Position numbers and translations under genes: made by a program. A stretch of DNA of 64,000 bases, from positions 32,001 through 96,000 of IMG/VR virus record IMGVR_UViG_3300031857_000028, one strand, 5' to 3'. The stretch is from a virus. Within the stretch, counting starts at the first letter, position 1. Each line of letters begins with the position of its first letter. Positions 31,533 through 41,081 of the stretch are shown here, piece after piece. The notes beneath the pieces were generated by a model. That model was not told the DNA's origin. It saw nothing but the letters and a program-made list of their open reading frames with translations, and ran no database searches.

Positions 31533-32285
31533 TTAAGTATTGAAACGTGACCGTAATGCATTGTAGTTTTGTAGAATTTCTAATGCGGATAATACTCTAT
31601 TGTATATTTTAATACTTGCTATATTGCCTGCAAACGGAAATTGCGTAGTTCCAACATCATATCCAGAACCAATTCGAAGTGATGTGTCGGGTGTAGAAAT
31701 TGTTCCAGCTATACTAGTGGAATGTTTGAATTGTCCATCGTAATATAATTCTATTCTACTTTGTGCAATATCTGTAATTCCAACTATTTGATGCCATGCG
31801 TTGTCACCGTTCGTTATCCCAAGTGATTCTTTCGACCATGTAAAATACGGGGTAGTTCCGTTCGATGTAGCATATATCAATACCATTTGGTCCGTTCCAG
31901 ACGAATTCCATGTTCTTACGACCTGTCTATCATCTAAATAGAATGCAAAGTTTGTTAATGAATCACTATTATTTCTATTTGTCATAATAGCATTAAATGT
32001 TCCATTGATATTTCCAGCACGTATCCACAATTCTACAGTTTTACTTGTTGTATTATTGAAACTAGATGAATTTGCAATTATTACTTGATCATCAATTCCG
32101 TCAAATGCAATATTGCCAAGATTTGATGAATTAAAGGTAGAACCACTCACCAATGAAGCGGAAATCGTACTTCCTAATAAATCACGCCAAACAGTACCAC
32201 TTCCTGGATATGACTTTCTACTTCCTGCATCAAACGTAAGTACCAATCCATCTTCTACAATATTCGGTCCACCACTGACAGCCAT
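31533..32285 (-). CDS. LamG / concanavalin A-like lectin domain protein
   Basis: DGLVLTFDAG..SYPGSG..W, WHQIV, LYYDG, IYNRVLSALEILQNY. Confidence 0.85.
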   Translation of the reverse strand: MAVSGGPNIVEDGLVLTFDAGSRKSYPGSGTVWRDLLGSTISASLVSGSTFNSSNLGNIAFDGIDDQVIIANSSSFNNTTSKTVELWIRAGNINGTFNAIMTNRNNSDSLTNFAFYLDDRQVVRTWNSSGTDQMVLIYATSNGTTPYFTWSKESLGITNGDNAWHQIVGITDIAQSRIELYYDGQFKHSTSIAGTISTPDTSLRIGSGYDVGTTQFPFAGNIASIKIYNRVLSALEILQNYNALRSRFNT

Positions 32286-32287
32286 AA

Positions 32288-33943
32288 TTATACTCCGAAA
32301 CGACCACGGGTGGCATTAAAGTTTTGAAGAATTTCTGCGGCAGTCAATGCTCTATTATAAATTTGTACAAACCCAATATTTCCAGCATAAAATAAATCAT
32401 TAATACGTCTGCCTATCTGTAGATTCGTTGTTTCAGCCGCATATACTTGGCCCGAATTTGATTGAGCGGCTTGGTTTAACTCACCATCAATATAAATTTG
32501 AGCACCATTATTTGCCCCCACAGTCGTACTGGTTGTAAATTGTACCACTACTTGATGCCATTTATTATCATTAACCGTAGTATTTGATCTTCTAGTGAAC
32601 GTGGTAAATCCAGCAGAATTCTTAGATGCACATCCAACAAATCCACTGTCAATTGATACCGTCCAACCACCCACGATATATCCCTTAGTTAAAAATAAAC
32701 CCGACGTAGCTGATGTCTGTAACCATGTAACTATGGTAAATGTAGTATCTACGAAATTAAAATTTGCTTGGTTTGCCACATCTACATACTGGGTACTTCC
32801 ATTGAAGGAAATACTTCCTCCATTTGCAGAACTGAACGTGGGTCCATTAGTTAATGTCCCCGTATTACTATTACCCGTTAAATCATTCCATGTCGTACCA
32901 GTACTAGGATACGATTTTCTATTTCCCGCATCTAAGGCTAATATTAACCCGTCGTTTATAATTTTAGGACCATACTTTGCATTATATATTGTCTGGGTAG
33001 AGACGTTTGGTTGGGTTGGTCCAATACTCCACAAAGTTCCACGAGACTTTCCATCAAAGTCATCAGAAAATGCACCCGTGGCACTCGTACTTAAATTTGT
33101 CCCAAATCCTAATGCGGCTGTGTCCAGTGTAGATAGATGAAAATTTAAACTTGCGCTGTCTACAAATCTAAATGTTTGACTTGTTCTATTATTTACACCT
33201 GGAGCAGTTGCACTCGTTGTTGCGTTGTTTGTTGAAAATGTGGTATTGAATCCACTACCACTGAATCCAGGTCCGGTTCCAGTTGCCGCGATGCAATTTC
33301 TAACCACAGTGGGGTCTGCTGAAGACGGTCTAAATCCATTTCTAAGTCCTATTGTAAAAGCAAGACAATTATCATAATCAACGTTTGAATTATCGTGTTG
33401 AAACACCCCTTGATCAGATCGTCCATTTCCATCTATCATTATTCCTACACAATTCTGCAATCGAGGGCGTGGCGTACCACTCCCTTGAGCAAAAAATGCT
33501 CTACCGACATCTCCATTATTTCCGCTACGCATTATCGTATTTCTAATCAATACTCCGGTAAGACCACCGCTGCCCACAAAAATTGCATTATTATTTGCAT
33601 TGTTCGTTGTATGATGTACGTAAATACCGTCTACTTGTGTATAGGATTGTTGTATCGACAACATCGTTCCTGGACTACCGGATTGTAGTACATATTGCGA
33701 ACCATCTGTTTTTGGTGGTAGTGTTGCTTTTGCCGATGGATGTGCTCGTATAATAATATAATTATTGACACCAGTAGTCCATCCAGATATGGTTGTCAGT
33801 GTGGTATCCACAAATCCATAACATTCTGCAACAGCAATTTCATCTGCCGTCACTAAGTTTCTTTGTTGTGCAGCTTCCCATGCAGATAATGATGAATAAT
33901 CTCCGCCGGATGATTTAATCGTATGAACAACAGTCGTAGGCAT
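32288..33943 (-). CDS. Beta-helix plus LamG domain virion protein
   Basis: N-terminal GDYSSLSAWEA beta-helix-like region; C-terminal LamG paralogous to 31533..32285. Confidence 0.8.
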   Translation of the reverse strand: MPTTVVHTIKSSGGDYSSLSAWEAAQQRNLVTADEIAVAECYGFVDTTLTTISGWTTGVNNYIIIRAHPSAKATLPPKTDGSQYVLQSGSPGTMLSIQQSYTQVDGIYVHHTTNNANNNAIFVGSGGLTGVLIRNTIMRSGNNGDVGRAFFAQGSGTPRPRLQNCVGIMIDGNGRSDQGVFQHDNSNVDYDNCLAFTIGLRNGFRPSSADPTVVRNCIAATGTGPGFSGSGFNTTFSTNNATTSATAPGVNNRTSQTFRFVDSASLNFHLSTLDTAALGFGTNLSTSATGAFSDDFDGKSRGTLWSIGPTQPNVSTQTIYNAKYGPKIINDGLILALDAGNRKSYPSTGTTWNDLTGNSNTGTLTNGPTFSSANGGSISFNGSTQYVDVANQANFNFVDTTFTIVTWLQTSATSGLFLTKGYIVGGWTVSIDSGFVGCASKNSAGFTTFTRRSNTTVNDNKWHQVVVQFTTSTTVGANNGAQIYIDGELNQAAQSNSGQVYAAETTNLQIGRRINDLFYAGNIGFVQIYNRALTAAEILQNFNATRGRFGV

Positions 33944-34341
33944 TAATTAATACTCAAGAATTCGTTCGTAATTTTATTTTTCACACATTCACACAATCTT
34001 TCTGAGGTTACTGTTAATACCCCCGTGGATAGTAATGTATTTTCTTCTTCCGTCAATAAACTAACATCAAGTTTCCAGATGCGCTGTAATAATACGATTG
34101 GTGTTTCCCCATCATATTCTACATATTGTGATGAGAGAACTTCTAATTGTTCAAATAAGACAAGGGGGACACTGACTATCCAAAATTTTGGATTTGACGC
34201 CGTGAAGGGATGTTCTTCTCTCCCCCATTCATGGACATCAGATTTAACAACAATAATATCCCCTTGTTTATAACAATCACGTTCATTGATAATTGGGTCA
34301 TCATGAACGTTATCTTGATTAAAAATTAATAACTGTGCCAT
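33943..34341 (-). CDS. Hypothetical protein
   Basis: Coupled ORF in the fibre cluster. Confidence 0.55.
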   Translation of the reverse strand: MAQLLIFNQDNVHDDPIINERDCYKQGDIIVVKSDVHEWGREEHPFTASNPKFWIVSVPLVLFEQLEVLSSQYVEYDGETPIVLLQRIWKLDVSLLTEEENTLLSTGVLTVTSERLCECVKNKITNEFLSIN

Positions 34342-34342
34342 A

Positions 34343-37300
34343 CTACTCCACCGTAATTAAGTTCGGTACGTCCTTACGAGTTGCGTGAACGAGATAGAAA
34401 CAGTCAATTGCCGAACGTGACTTAATTGTTATCATATTGTTTTCTATTTTGTCCACGTATGCTTCTTGTGGGCCGCTAATTGGCGTTAATTGTACGGTAA
34501 TACTTGCTGCATCTACTAACCATTCCCATTCTTCTGGAAGTTGGATGAATGCCGTACCAGTAAACGTACTGGTTGTTCTGCCTCGTGCATACACCGCATG
34601 TTCTGGACCTTCCAACACACCGTAGATTAAACTCTTACCAGCCAATCGTTGGTGGTCGATTCTGAAACTCTTGGTTGTTGCTTGGAATGCTCCAAGAACT
34701 GTCGTTGAGCCAGTGACGAACAATCCTTGTGTCGTACTGCCGGAAATAATTAATGAACCACTGATTACCGCAGGAGTTGTTCTTCCGTCATATGGGAATG
34801 GTGTACTTGATGCTGCATTTAGTGCCCAACTTGCCGTTCCGAAGAAGCCTACTGCATTACTAATTGAACTGGTATATGATGAAGCTGATACATTTCCTTG
34901 CACATGCAATCTACTTCCGCGAGGTACTGCTCCACCTACGCCTACATCACCACTAGTACTAACAAAAAATACAATTTTACTTGCTATTGTTGGAGAATTG
35001 CTATAAAATTCAAAATCATTTACAACATTTGATGAACCAAAACTGATTGTATTTGTATTGGTAGATTGACCGATTAACCAGTTATTATTTGCTCTATATG
35101 CTGCACCGCCTTGCGGGATAGTGATTGATCCACTAACTTCCAATTTTTGGGTAGGAGTTAATGTTGATATACCAACATTGCCCGTACCAGCTATAAACAT
35201 CGGGGTATTACTTGGCGTAGATGCTGCTAGACTATTAAAATAGATATCACTTGTAACATTATCTGCACCAATTGAAATTGCATTTGTTACAGAAGACTTA
35301 CCTATTAACCACGTATCATTTATTCTGTATGCTGTCCCCAGTGGTATCGTTACCGACCCACTCACCGTCAACCGTTGTGTTGCTGACGTAGTACCTATAC
35401 CAATATTATTAGTACTCTGGAATATATTACTAGATGATTGCGCCGTAGCACTGGTCCACAATGGAATATAATTTGTAGTTCCGCCTGTTAGTCCACCTGC
35501 AGCAGAATTCAACGCATATGATGCCGTTGTTGCAAACGATGCAGTTGCAGGCGTAAAGGTAATAGAATTTGCTGCACTTGCAGACGTTGCAAATGAACTT
35601 GATACCGAATTACTTGCCCAACTTGATGTACCAAATAATGAACCCGTAAAGGAACTAGCCGATACGTTACCTTGAACGTGTAATAATGTTCCCGGAGTTA
35701 TTGTTCCAATACCAACGCCTGTCGTATTAGAGTAGATAGTTTGACCACTACTTCCCAGTTTAATAGCACCAACGGTACTATCTTGTTGTCCGTGAATACC
35801 TAATGTATTTGCTGTATTTACGTCATATAGTGCCGCATCATCGCCACCTTGAAAGAATTTTGCTCCATTAGTACTAATTGCTAATACTGTTCCATCGTAT
35901 GTGAGGGTGGATTCTGCATTTATTCCCCCCGCACCCGTTGATGTTATTACACGATTATCGGTTGCATTTGTGTACGAGGAAACGGCAGAAGCTGCTGCTT
36001 GTAAGTTGGTTCCCGCTGCTCCGGAGCCGGAAGTCATGTCTACGAAGAATCCACGAGCACTACCACCTTGTTCAAAAAATCGTAATTTATTTTGAAAAAT
36101 GTCAATCGTTACACCAGTTCCAGCTATTGTACTATTAGTTTGTGGTTTTGCTAATAGAATTTCTCCACCTTCGTCGCCGGAAGAGTTATTGGATATAAGA
36201 TTTGTGCCAGCAATTATGTTTCCAGAGGCACTGACTGTTTGATTCAGTATGTTGAGAAACGAAGCAGTTTGTGCAAATGATGCTGTCGTAGGTGTGAACG
36301 TGATAGACGTTGCTGCACTTGCTGACACCGAATTACTTGCCCAACTACTCGTACCAATAAGTGTGCCGGTGAATGAACCACTGAAACTTCCCGTATTAAT
36401 TTGTGTTGAACTTGATACCAATCCGTTCGGTAATATCGTTGGTGCAAATGATGCAGAAATAGCAAATGATGATGTTAAGTTATTAATAACGTTTGGTAAT
36501 ACGTTTATACTTCCGGTAACATTTAATGAACCGGATAATACGTGTTGGTTATTTGATTCCAAAATAAGTTTCGTATTTGCTTCTGCATCTTCGCCACCCA
36601 CGAAAAACATAATATGTTCATCGGGAGTGGTGTTACCAATATGTAACATACGACCAGTAGAATACAAATACGCATCATTTGGACCACCCACCGCATTTAG
36701 TACAGCATAATCACTACTATTAATTCCCATGTTAATGAAATTTGTAGTTTCTGTACCATTATTTGCCGTTGCTACGAAGTCAGCGGATGCTTGGTCTCCT
36801 GCACTCTGATTTGTTAAATTAACCTGACTGTAATTATTTACATTACTAACTGCCGTAATAAGATTGATTGATGACGTATTTAACGCACCAACGTACAATG
36901 ATTCTGGATCACCGGTTGTAATACTATTGGTATTGATACCCACAGTTCCACCGGCATCAACATACACACGTGCATTATTATCAGCATCACCCGGTCCAGA
37001 GAACAAAATAATACGTGAATCTGGTCCTAATGTACCTATTAATAAATCACTACCGGTTGAAAATAGATACGCATCAAGTGGACCACCGATTTGATCAAGA
37101 CGAGCATACGTACTTGAATTAATGCCCATTTCTATAAATCCACCAATATCATTCCCCGTATCGGCAGTTGCTTTATAGTTTGTGGACGCAGATACTCCAC
37201 TACTAATATTTCGAATATTTACTCTATAATCACTATCAATTGTACCGTGTGCATAGATAACATTTCTAACACCGGTTTCACCTGAGTGTACCGCCAATGT

Positions 37301-37684
37301 TTCCCCTTCTGGGGAATGTACGTGTGGTGTAGTATCATATCCAATAAAAATACCTTTTGGTAATTGATAGATTACACTTGACGTTAATTCGTTATTAGAA
37401 GAACCTGTCCATAATGGAATATAATTTGCGGTACCGCCAGTGATACGGGATGTTACTGAGGCCGACGTGACGTTATTTGCCCAACTACTGGTACCGATAA
37501 CGTTTCCAGTAAATGAACCGCTGAAACTGCCGGTATTAACCTGTGCCGACGATGACACAAATCCAGAAATAATTCCAGACAATAATACAGACCGAGTAAC
37601 TGCACCATCAAAGTTTTGTATAGATTCCGTTGGTATCGTATTTGCCCGTATTTGTTGTCCGGAAATTTTTGTAAAATCAGCCAT
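34343..37684 (-). CDS. Tail fibre protein with a C-terminal chaperone-like domain
   Basis: GIGTT..P...L.V.G fibre repeats; C-terminal KSFRIDH...LEGPEHAVYARG...IQLPEEW...VQLTPI. Confidence 0.75.
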   Translation of the reverse strand: MADFTKISGQQIRANTIPTESIQNFDGAVTRSVLLSGIISGFVSSSAQVNTGSFSGSFTGNVIGTSSWANNVTSASVTSRITGGTANYIPLWTGSSNNELTSSVIYQLPKGIFIGYDTTPHVHSPEGETLAVHSGETGVRNVIYAHGTIDSDYRVNIRNISSGVSASTNYKATADTGNDIGGFIEMGINSSTYARLDQIGGPLDAYLFSTGSDLLIGTLGPDSRIILFSGPGDADNNARVYVDAGGTVGINTNSITTGDPESLYVGALNTSSINLITAVSNVNNYSQVNLTNQSAGDQASADFVATANNGTETTNFINMGINSSDYAVLNAVGGPNDAYLYSTGRMLHIGNTTPDEHIMFFVGGEDAEANTKLILESNNQHVLSGSLNVTGSINVLPNVINNLTSSFAISASFAPTILPNGLVSSSTQINTGSFSGSFTGTLIGTSSWASNSVSASAATSITFTPTTASFAQTASFLNILNQTVSASGNIIAGTNLISNNSSGDEGGEILLAKPQTNSTIAGTGVTIDIFQNKLRFFEQGGSARGFFVDMTSGSGAAGTNLQAAASAVSSYTNATDNRVITSTGAGGINAESTLTYDGTVLAISTNGAKFFQGGDDAALYDVNTANTLGIHGQQDSTVGAIKLGSSGQTIYSNTTGVGIGTITPGTLLHVQGNVSASSFTGSLFGTSSWASNSVSSSFATSASAANSITFTPATASFATTASYALNSAAGGLTGGTTNYIPLWTSATAQSSSNIFQSTNNIGIGTTSATQRLTVSGSVTIPLGTAYRINDTWLIGKSSVTNAISIGADNVTSDIYFNSLAASTPSNTPMFIAGTGNVGISTLTPTQKLEVSGSITIPQGGAAYRANNNWLIGQSTNTNTISFGSSNVVNDFEFYSNSPTIASKIVFFVSTSGDVGVGGAVPRGSRLHVQGNVSASSYTSSISNAVGFFGTASWALNAASSTPFPYDGRTTPAVISGSLIISGSTTQGLFVTGSTTVLGAFQATTKSFRIDHQRLAGKSLIYGVLEGPEHAVYARGRTTSTFTGTAFIQLPEEWEWLVDAASITVQLTPISGPQEAYVDKIENNMITIKSRSAIDCFYLVHATRKDVPNLITVE

Positions 37685-37880
37685 TCTGTTCTTCTGTTGT
37701 TAATGGTATTCCAAAAAATATTTTGGCATCGTCTTCGGTATCAAACCAGTACCATCCGTCTACTGGGTATGTATAAATATCTTTCTGACCACTTAATAGT
37801 TCAAAGGTAGGCCCATACACAAATGCTGGACCATGAAATAATTCATTATCTTGAAATTTATAAAAGCCTGATGTGTTCAT
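37677..37880 (-). CDS. Hypothetical protein
   Basis: SGFYK...YTYPVDGWYWFD; coupled ORF. Confidence 0.6.
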   Translation of the reverse strand: MNTSGFYKFQDNELFHGPAFVYGPTFELLSGQKDIYTYPVDGWYWFDTEDDAKIFFGIPLTTEEQNG

Positions 37881-37883
37881 ATA

Positions 37884-40079
37884 TTACCCCGCAATTGTCC
37901 AGCCCTTTCCAGTTGCTATTGCTCTATCTCCTGCACTTAAACTTGCCGACCCGTAATTTCCAGTAATCGTAATTATTTGCGAACCTGCTGCAGTTCCTAG
38001 AAAAGTGAAAATTTCTCGTAAACTTCCCGATGATAATCTGCAGTTTGCATAACTAATTGCTCGTGTTGACCCACTCGCTAATGCACCACTGGCAAGTGAA
38101 TTACATCCACTAAATGCCAATGTGTTATTACTGGATGCAGAAAAAATTAACATCGGCACTTCTCGTAACGACACACAATCTTGAAATATACTATTAAATG
38201 CGCTACATCGTTGCGTATTTAACTGCGGAAGTGTTTGTAGTGATGTACAAGCTCTAAACATACTAGATGCGTCGAGAACGTTACTGGTGTTATACGGTGG
38301 AACAGTTATTAAATTGGCACATTCAAAAAACATATTACTACAATTTGTTGCAGAATTTAAACTCAACGACGGTGCCGTTTGAAACATTGCTCCTCTAAAC
38401 ATACTAAGGAAACTACTACCACTAACTGTATTCAATGTTGGAACAATTTTCAGTGACGAACAATTATTAAACATGCCACCAAAATCCGTTCCCCTTGATA
38501 CGTCCCACGACGGTGCTTTATATAAAGCAAAGCAATTTGAAAATGCAGAATTAAAATTAGAACCACTTGCTGTATTATACTCCGGTGCAACTAGTAATGA
38601 TTGACATCCATTAAACATATTGGAAAAATTTGTACCTCTACGTGTATCAATATTTGGAGCTTTGACTAGGCTATTACAACCACCAAACATACCTGAAAAA
38701 TTTGTACAATTTCTTGTGTCAAAATCGGGTACGGTTTTTAATCTACTGCACCCCGAAAAAGTTGAAGAAAATGCTGTTACATTTGCTGTGTTATATAGAG
38801 GAACTTTTTCTAAACTAGCACAGTTTTGAAACGTAGCAAGAAGACTTGTTGCACTAATTGTATTTACAAATGGCGCAATTCGTAAACTTGAACACCCATT
38901 AAACATTTGTGTGAAGTCGGTTACAAGTCTTGTATTTAACGAAGGTACTTCTATTAAGCGAGCACAATTTTGAAACATAGAAGACACGATTGTTGCTCTA
39001 GACAAATTTATGGGAGGAATGCGTTCAATTGCACTAGCCCCATTAAACATAGCTGTAAAATTTGTACCATTTTCTGTGTTTAATAATGGAATTTCTTTTA
39101 ATGAAATGCAACTAGCAAACATACTTGTAAAATTTGTACCGCTTGTTGTGTTTAACAATGGAATTGTTTGTAACGTATTACATCCATTAAACATGGAAGA
39201 AAAATCTGTTACTCTTGATGTATCCAGTAATGGAATAGTTTGTAGTGCTCTGCAACCATTAAACATATTGGTCATGTTAACTACATTCGATGTGTTATAT
39301 ATCGGAACGTTGATTAATGAACGACAGTTACGAAATACATTAGTAAATGCAAAAGATCCTGAACAATTTGTCGTATTTATGAATGGCGCAGATTGTAATG
39401 AAAAACAGTCCGAAAATCCAAAAGTAAATGTATTAAGTGGTTGAGACGAATTAAATGTTACAGATTGTAATTGATAAAACTCTCTAAACATAAATGATGC
39501 ATCGGTTACATTACTCGATGTTATATTAACTCGTTCAACCATTCCGTTCGATAGCACTTTTGTGAAAAACGTCTGTGATGTGGTGGATAAATTCAGTCGT
39601 GATGCGGATGGCATAGAAATATTCATATCTAACCAACCAGTATCATACACCACAGAAGACCCGGTTAGAAAGTTGTGTCGTTCTTGTAAACTTAATAACG
39701 TAAAAATCTGGCCACCTTGCGGGATTACGCTGACAACTACTTGTTTATATCCACGACTACTTGTTGTACTATTTGATATACTATTATAATCATAATAATG
39801 TTGCGCTCGTACACCCGATGACATACTTTCTATAATACCATCTCCCCAATCTATTATGTAACTTCCAGATACCGTAAGTGCTACATAATTATCGGTTCTG
39901 TCAGGTATTGCCATTAATCCAACAAAACGTTGTTCTGATGGTGATAATTCTGGTAAACTTAGCCAATCCGATGGACGGACCCATGATTGCGTTTCTGGTA
40001 TATCTGGTGATATTGGGTACACCCATTGTACCACATTTTTATTTGTGACCGTAGACGAATTTAGATTAATACTTGACAT
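37884..40079 (-). CDS. BspA/DUF285-type leucine-rich-repeat surface protein
   Basis: Many ~24-aa repeats of the form T.F..MF.GC.SL..IP.LNT. Confidence 0.85.
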   Translation of the reverse strand: MSSINLNSSTVTNKNVVQWVYPISPDIPETQSWVRPSDWLSLPELSPSEQRFVGLMAIPDRTDNYVALTVSGSYIIDWGDGIIESMSSGVRAQHYYDYNSISNSTTSSRGYKQVVVSVIPQGGQIFTLLSLQERHNFLTGSSVVYDTGWLDMNISMPSASRLNLSTTSQTFFTKVLSNGMVERVNITSSNVTDASFMFREFYQLQSVTFNSSQPLNTFTFGFSDCFSLQSAPFINTTNCSGSFAFTNVFRNCRSLINVPIYNTSNVVNMTNMFNGCRALQTIPLLDTSRVTDFSSMFNGCNTLQTIPLLNTTSGTNFTSMFASCISLKEIPLLNTENGTNFTAMFNGASAIERIPPINLSRATIVSSMFQNCARLIEVPSLNTRLVTDFTQMFNGCSSLRIAPFVNTISATSLLATFQNCASLEKVPLYNTANVTAFSSTFSGCSRLKTVPDFDTRNCTNFSGMFGGCNSLVKAPNIDTRRGTNFSNMFNGCQSLLVAPEYNTASGSNFNSAFSNCFALYKAPSWDVSRGTDFGGMFNNCSSLKIVPTLNTVSGSSFLSMFRGAMFQTAPSLSLNSATNCSNMFFECANLITVPPYNTSNVLDASSMFRACTSLQTLPQLNTQRCSAFNSIFQDCVSLREVPMLIFSASSNNTLAFSGCNSLASGALASGSTRAISYANCRLSSGSLREIFTFLGTAAGSQIITITGNYGSASLSAGDRAIATGKGWTIAG

Positions 40080-40082
40080 ATC

Positions 40083-40400
40083 TTATATTTCCGTACCAAA
40101 TAAATTAAAGGCAAGACCGTTGGACCCTGCAAACACTGAAACGACATCCGACCCACTAAGGGTCATGCCAATTGTCAATAATACCGTATCATTTCCATTA
40201 ACTGTCGTATCATACGATACATAATGTTTATTTGCAATACTCTCTGCTCCCGGACGCACGGCCATGCGAAATGTTGCAACACTACTTGAAACGTTACACA
40301 CGGCCAGTGTCGAAATTACTGCTTCTCGTGGAGCAGTATATAATGTTTGTAAAGATCCAGAGGTAGGATTCAATTGTCCTAATACTCTATATGTTGGCAT
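40083..40400 (-). CDS. Hypothetical virion protein
   Basis: YRVLGQ..P...TLYT...ISTLAVCN...FNLFGTEI small beta-sandwich-like pattern. Confidence 0.6.
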   Translation of the reverse strand: MPTYRVLGQLNPTSGSLQTLYTAPREAVISTLAVCNVSSSVATFRMAVRPGAESIANKHYVSYDTTVNGNDTVLLTIGMTLSGSDVVSVFAGSNGLAFNLFGTEI

Positions 40401-40404
40401 AGTA

Positions 40405-40938
40405 TTACAACCCCGCTAATAAAAATGGATGAAAAGATTCGCCACTTCCTTGAGTTCCGCCGGCGGCATTTAGTGCATAACTGGCGGTTACTGCATAACT
40501 TGCCGATGTAATGGTTCCCAGAAACGAACCGGTAAAAGTTCCAATGGCATTACTCGTTGCATTTAATAGTGCTCGGACAATAATGTTGGATTGTGATGGC
40601 GGTGCATAAGTAAATGATAACGTGGTACCGCTTAATGAATAATCTACAGTTTTTGTTTGTGTTAGACCGCCAACAACTACCGTCAATGAATCGATATTAT
40701 AGGTGTCAGACAACGTGTATTGTGTTGTAACACCATTTCCTTCAAAAATATCTTCGTCGATATTTACGGCAACGCCAGTTAATACAACCGGTGCCCAACT
40801 TGCAGATATTGCATTGTTTGCCCAACTACTCGTACCAAATAAAGAGCCAGTAATTCCTCTGGTTACGTTGAGAGAACCAGTAATTAATGTACTCCCAGAA
40901 ACTATTAGGCCTTTTCTTGCAACAAATTCATTTGCCAT
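40405..40938 (-). CDS. Fibre-associated protein with MANEF N-terminus
   Basis: FEGNGVTTQYTL...V.VGGLTQ...DY domain; N-terminus shared with 41082..43175. Confidence 0.65.
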   Translation of the reverse strand: MANEFVARKGLIVSGSTLITGSLNVTRGITGSLFGTSSWANNAISASWAPVVLTGVAVNIDEDIFEGNGVTTQYTLSDTYNIDSLTVVVGGLTQTKTVDYSLSGTTLSFTYAPPSQSNIIVRALLNATSNAIGTFTGSFLGTITSASYAVTASYALNAAGGTQGSGESFHPFLLAGL

Positions 40939-40950
40939 TACACACTCTCA

Positions 40951-41070
40951 TATAAAAGGACACTTCCAAATATGTGAAAACCACACACTTGGAAGTGAGA
41001 AGATGTTGTATCGTAAATTATATTATTTTTGATACACCATCCTCTTCACTGTCCAAGGGGTGTGTTACTA
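40951..41070 (-). promoter_or_regulatory. Structured 5' leader with two mutually exclusive hairpins (attenuator-like)
   Basis: Hairpin A at 40961-40997 (16 bp, with G-U pairs only on the minus strand) and hairpin B at 40982-41064 share 40982-40997. Confidence 0.6.
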
Positions 41071-41081
41071 CTATAAGTATC

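Noticed and set aside
40961-41064. Invertible DNA segment or transposon end at the inverted repeats
   Set aside because: Mismatches resolve as G-U pairs on one strand, which points to RNA structure, and no recombinase gene is in the window
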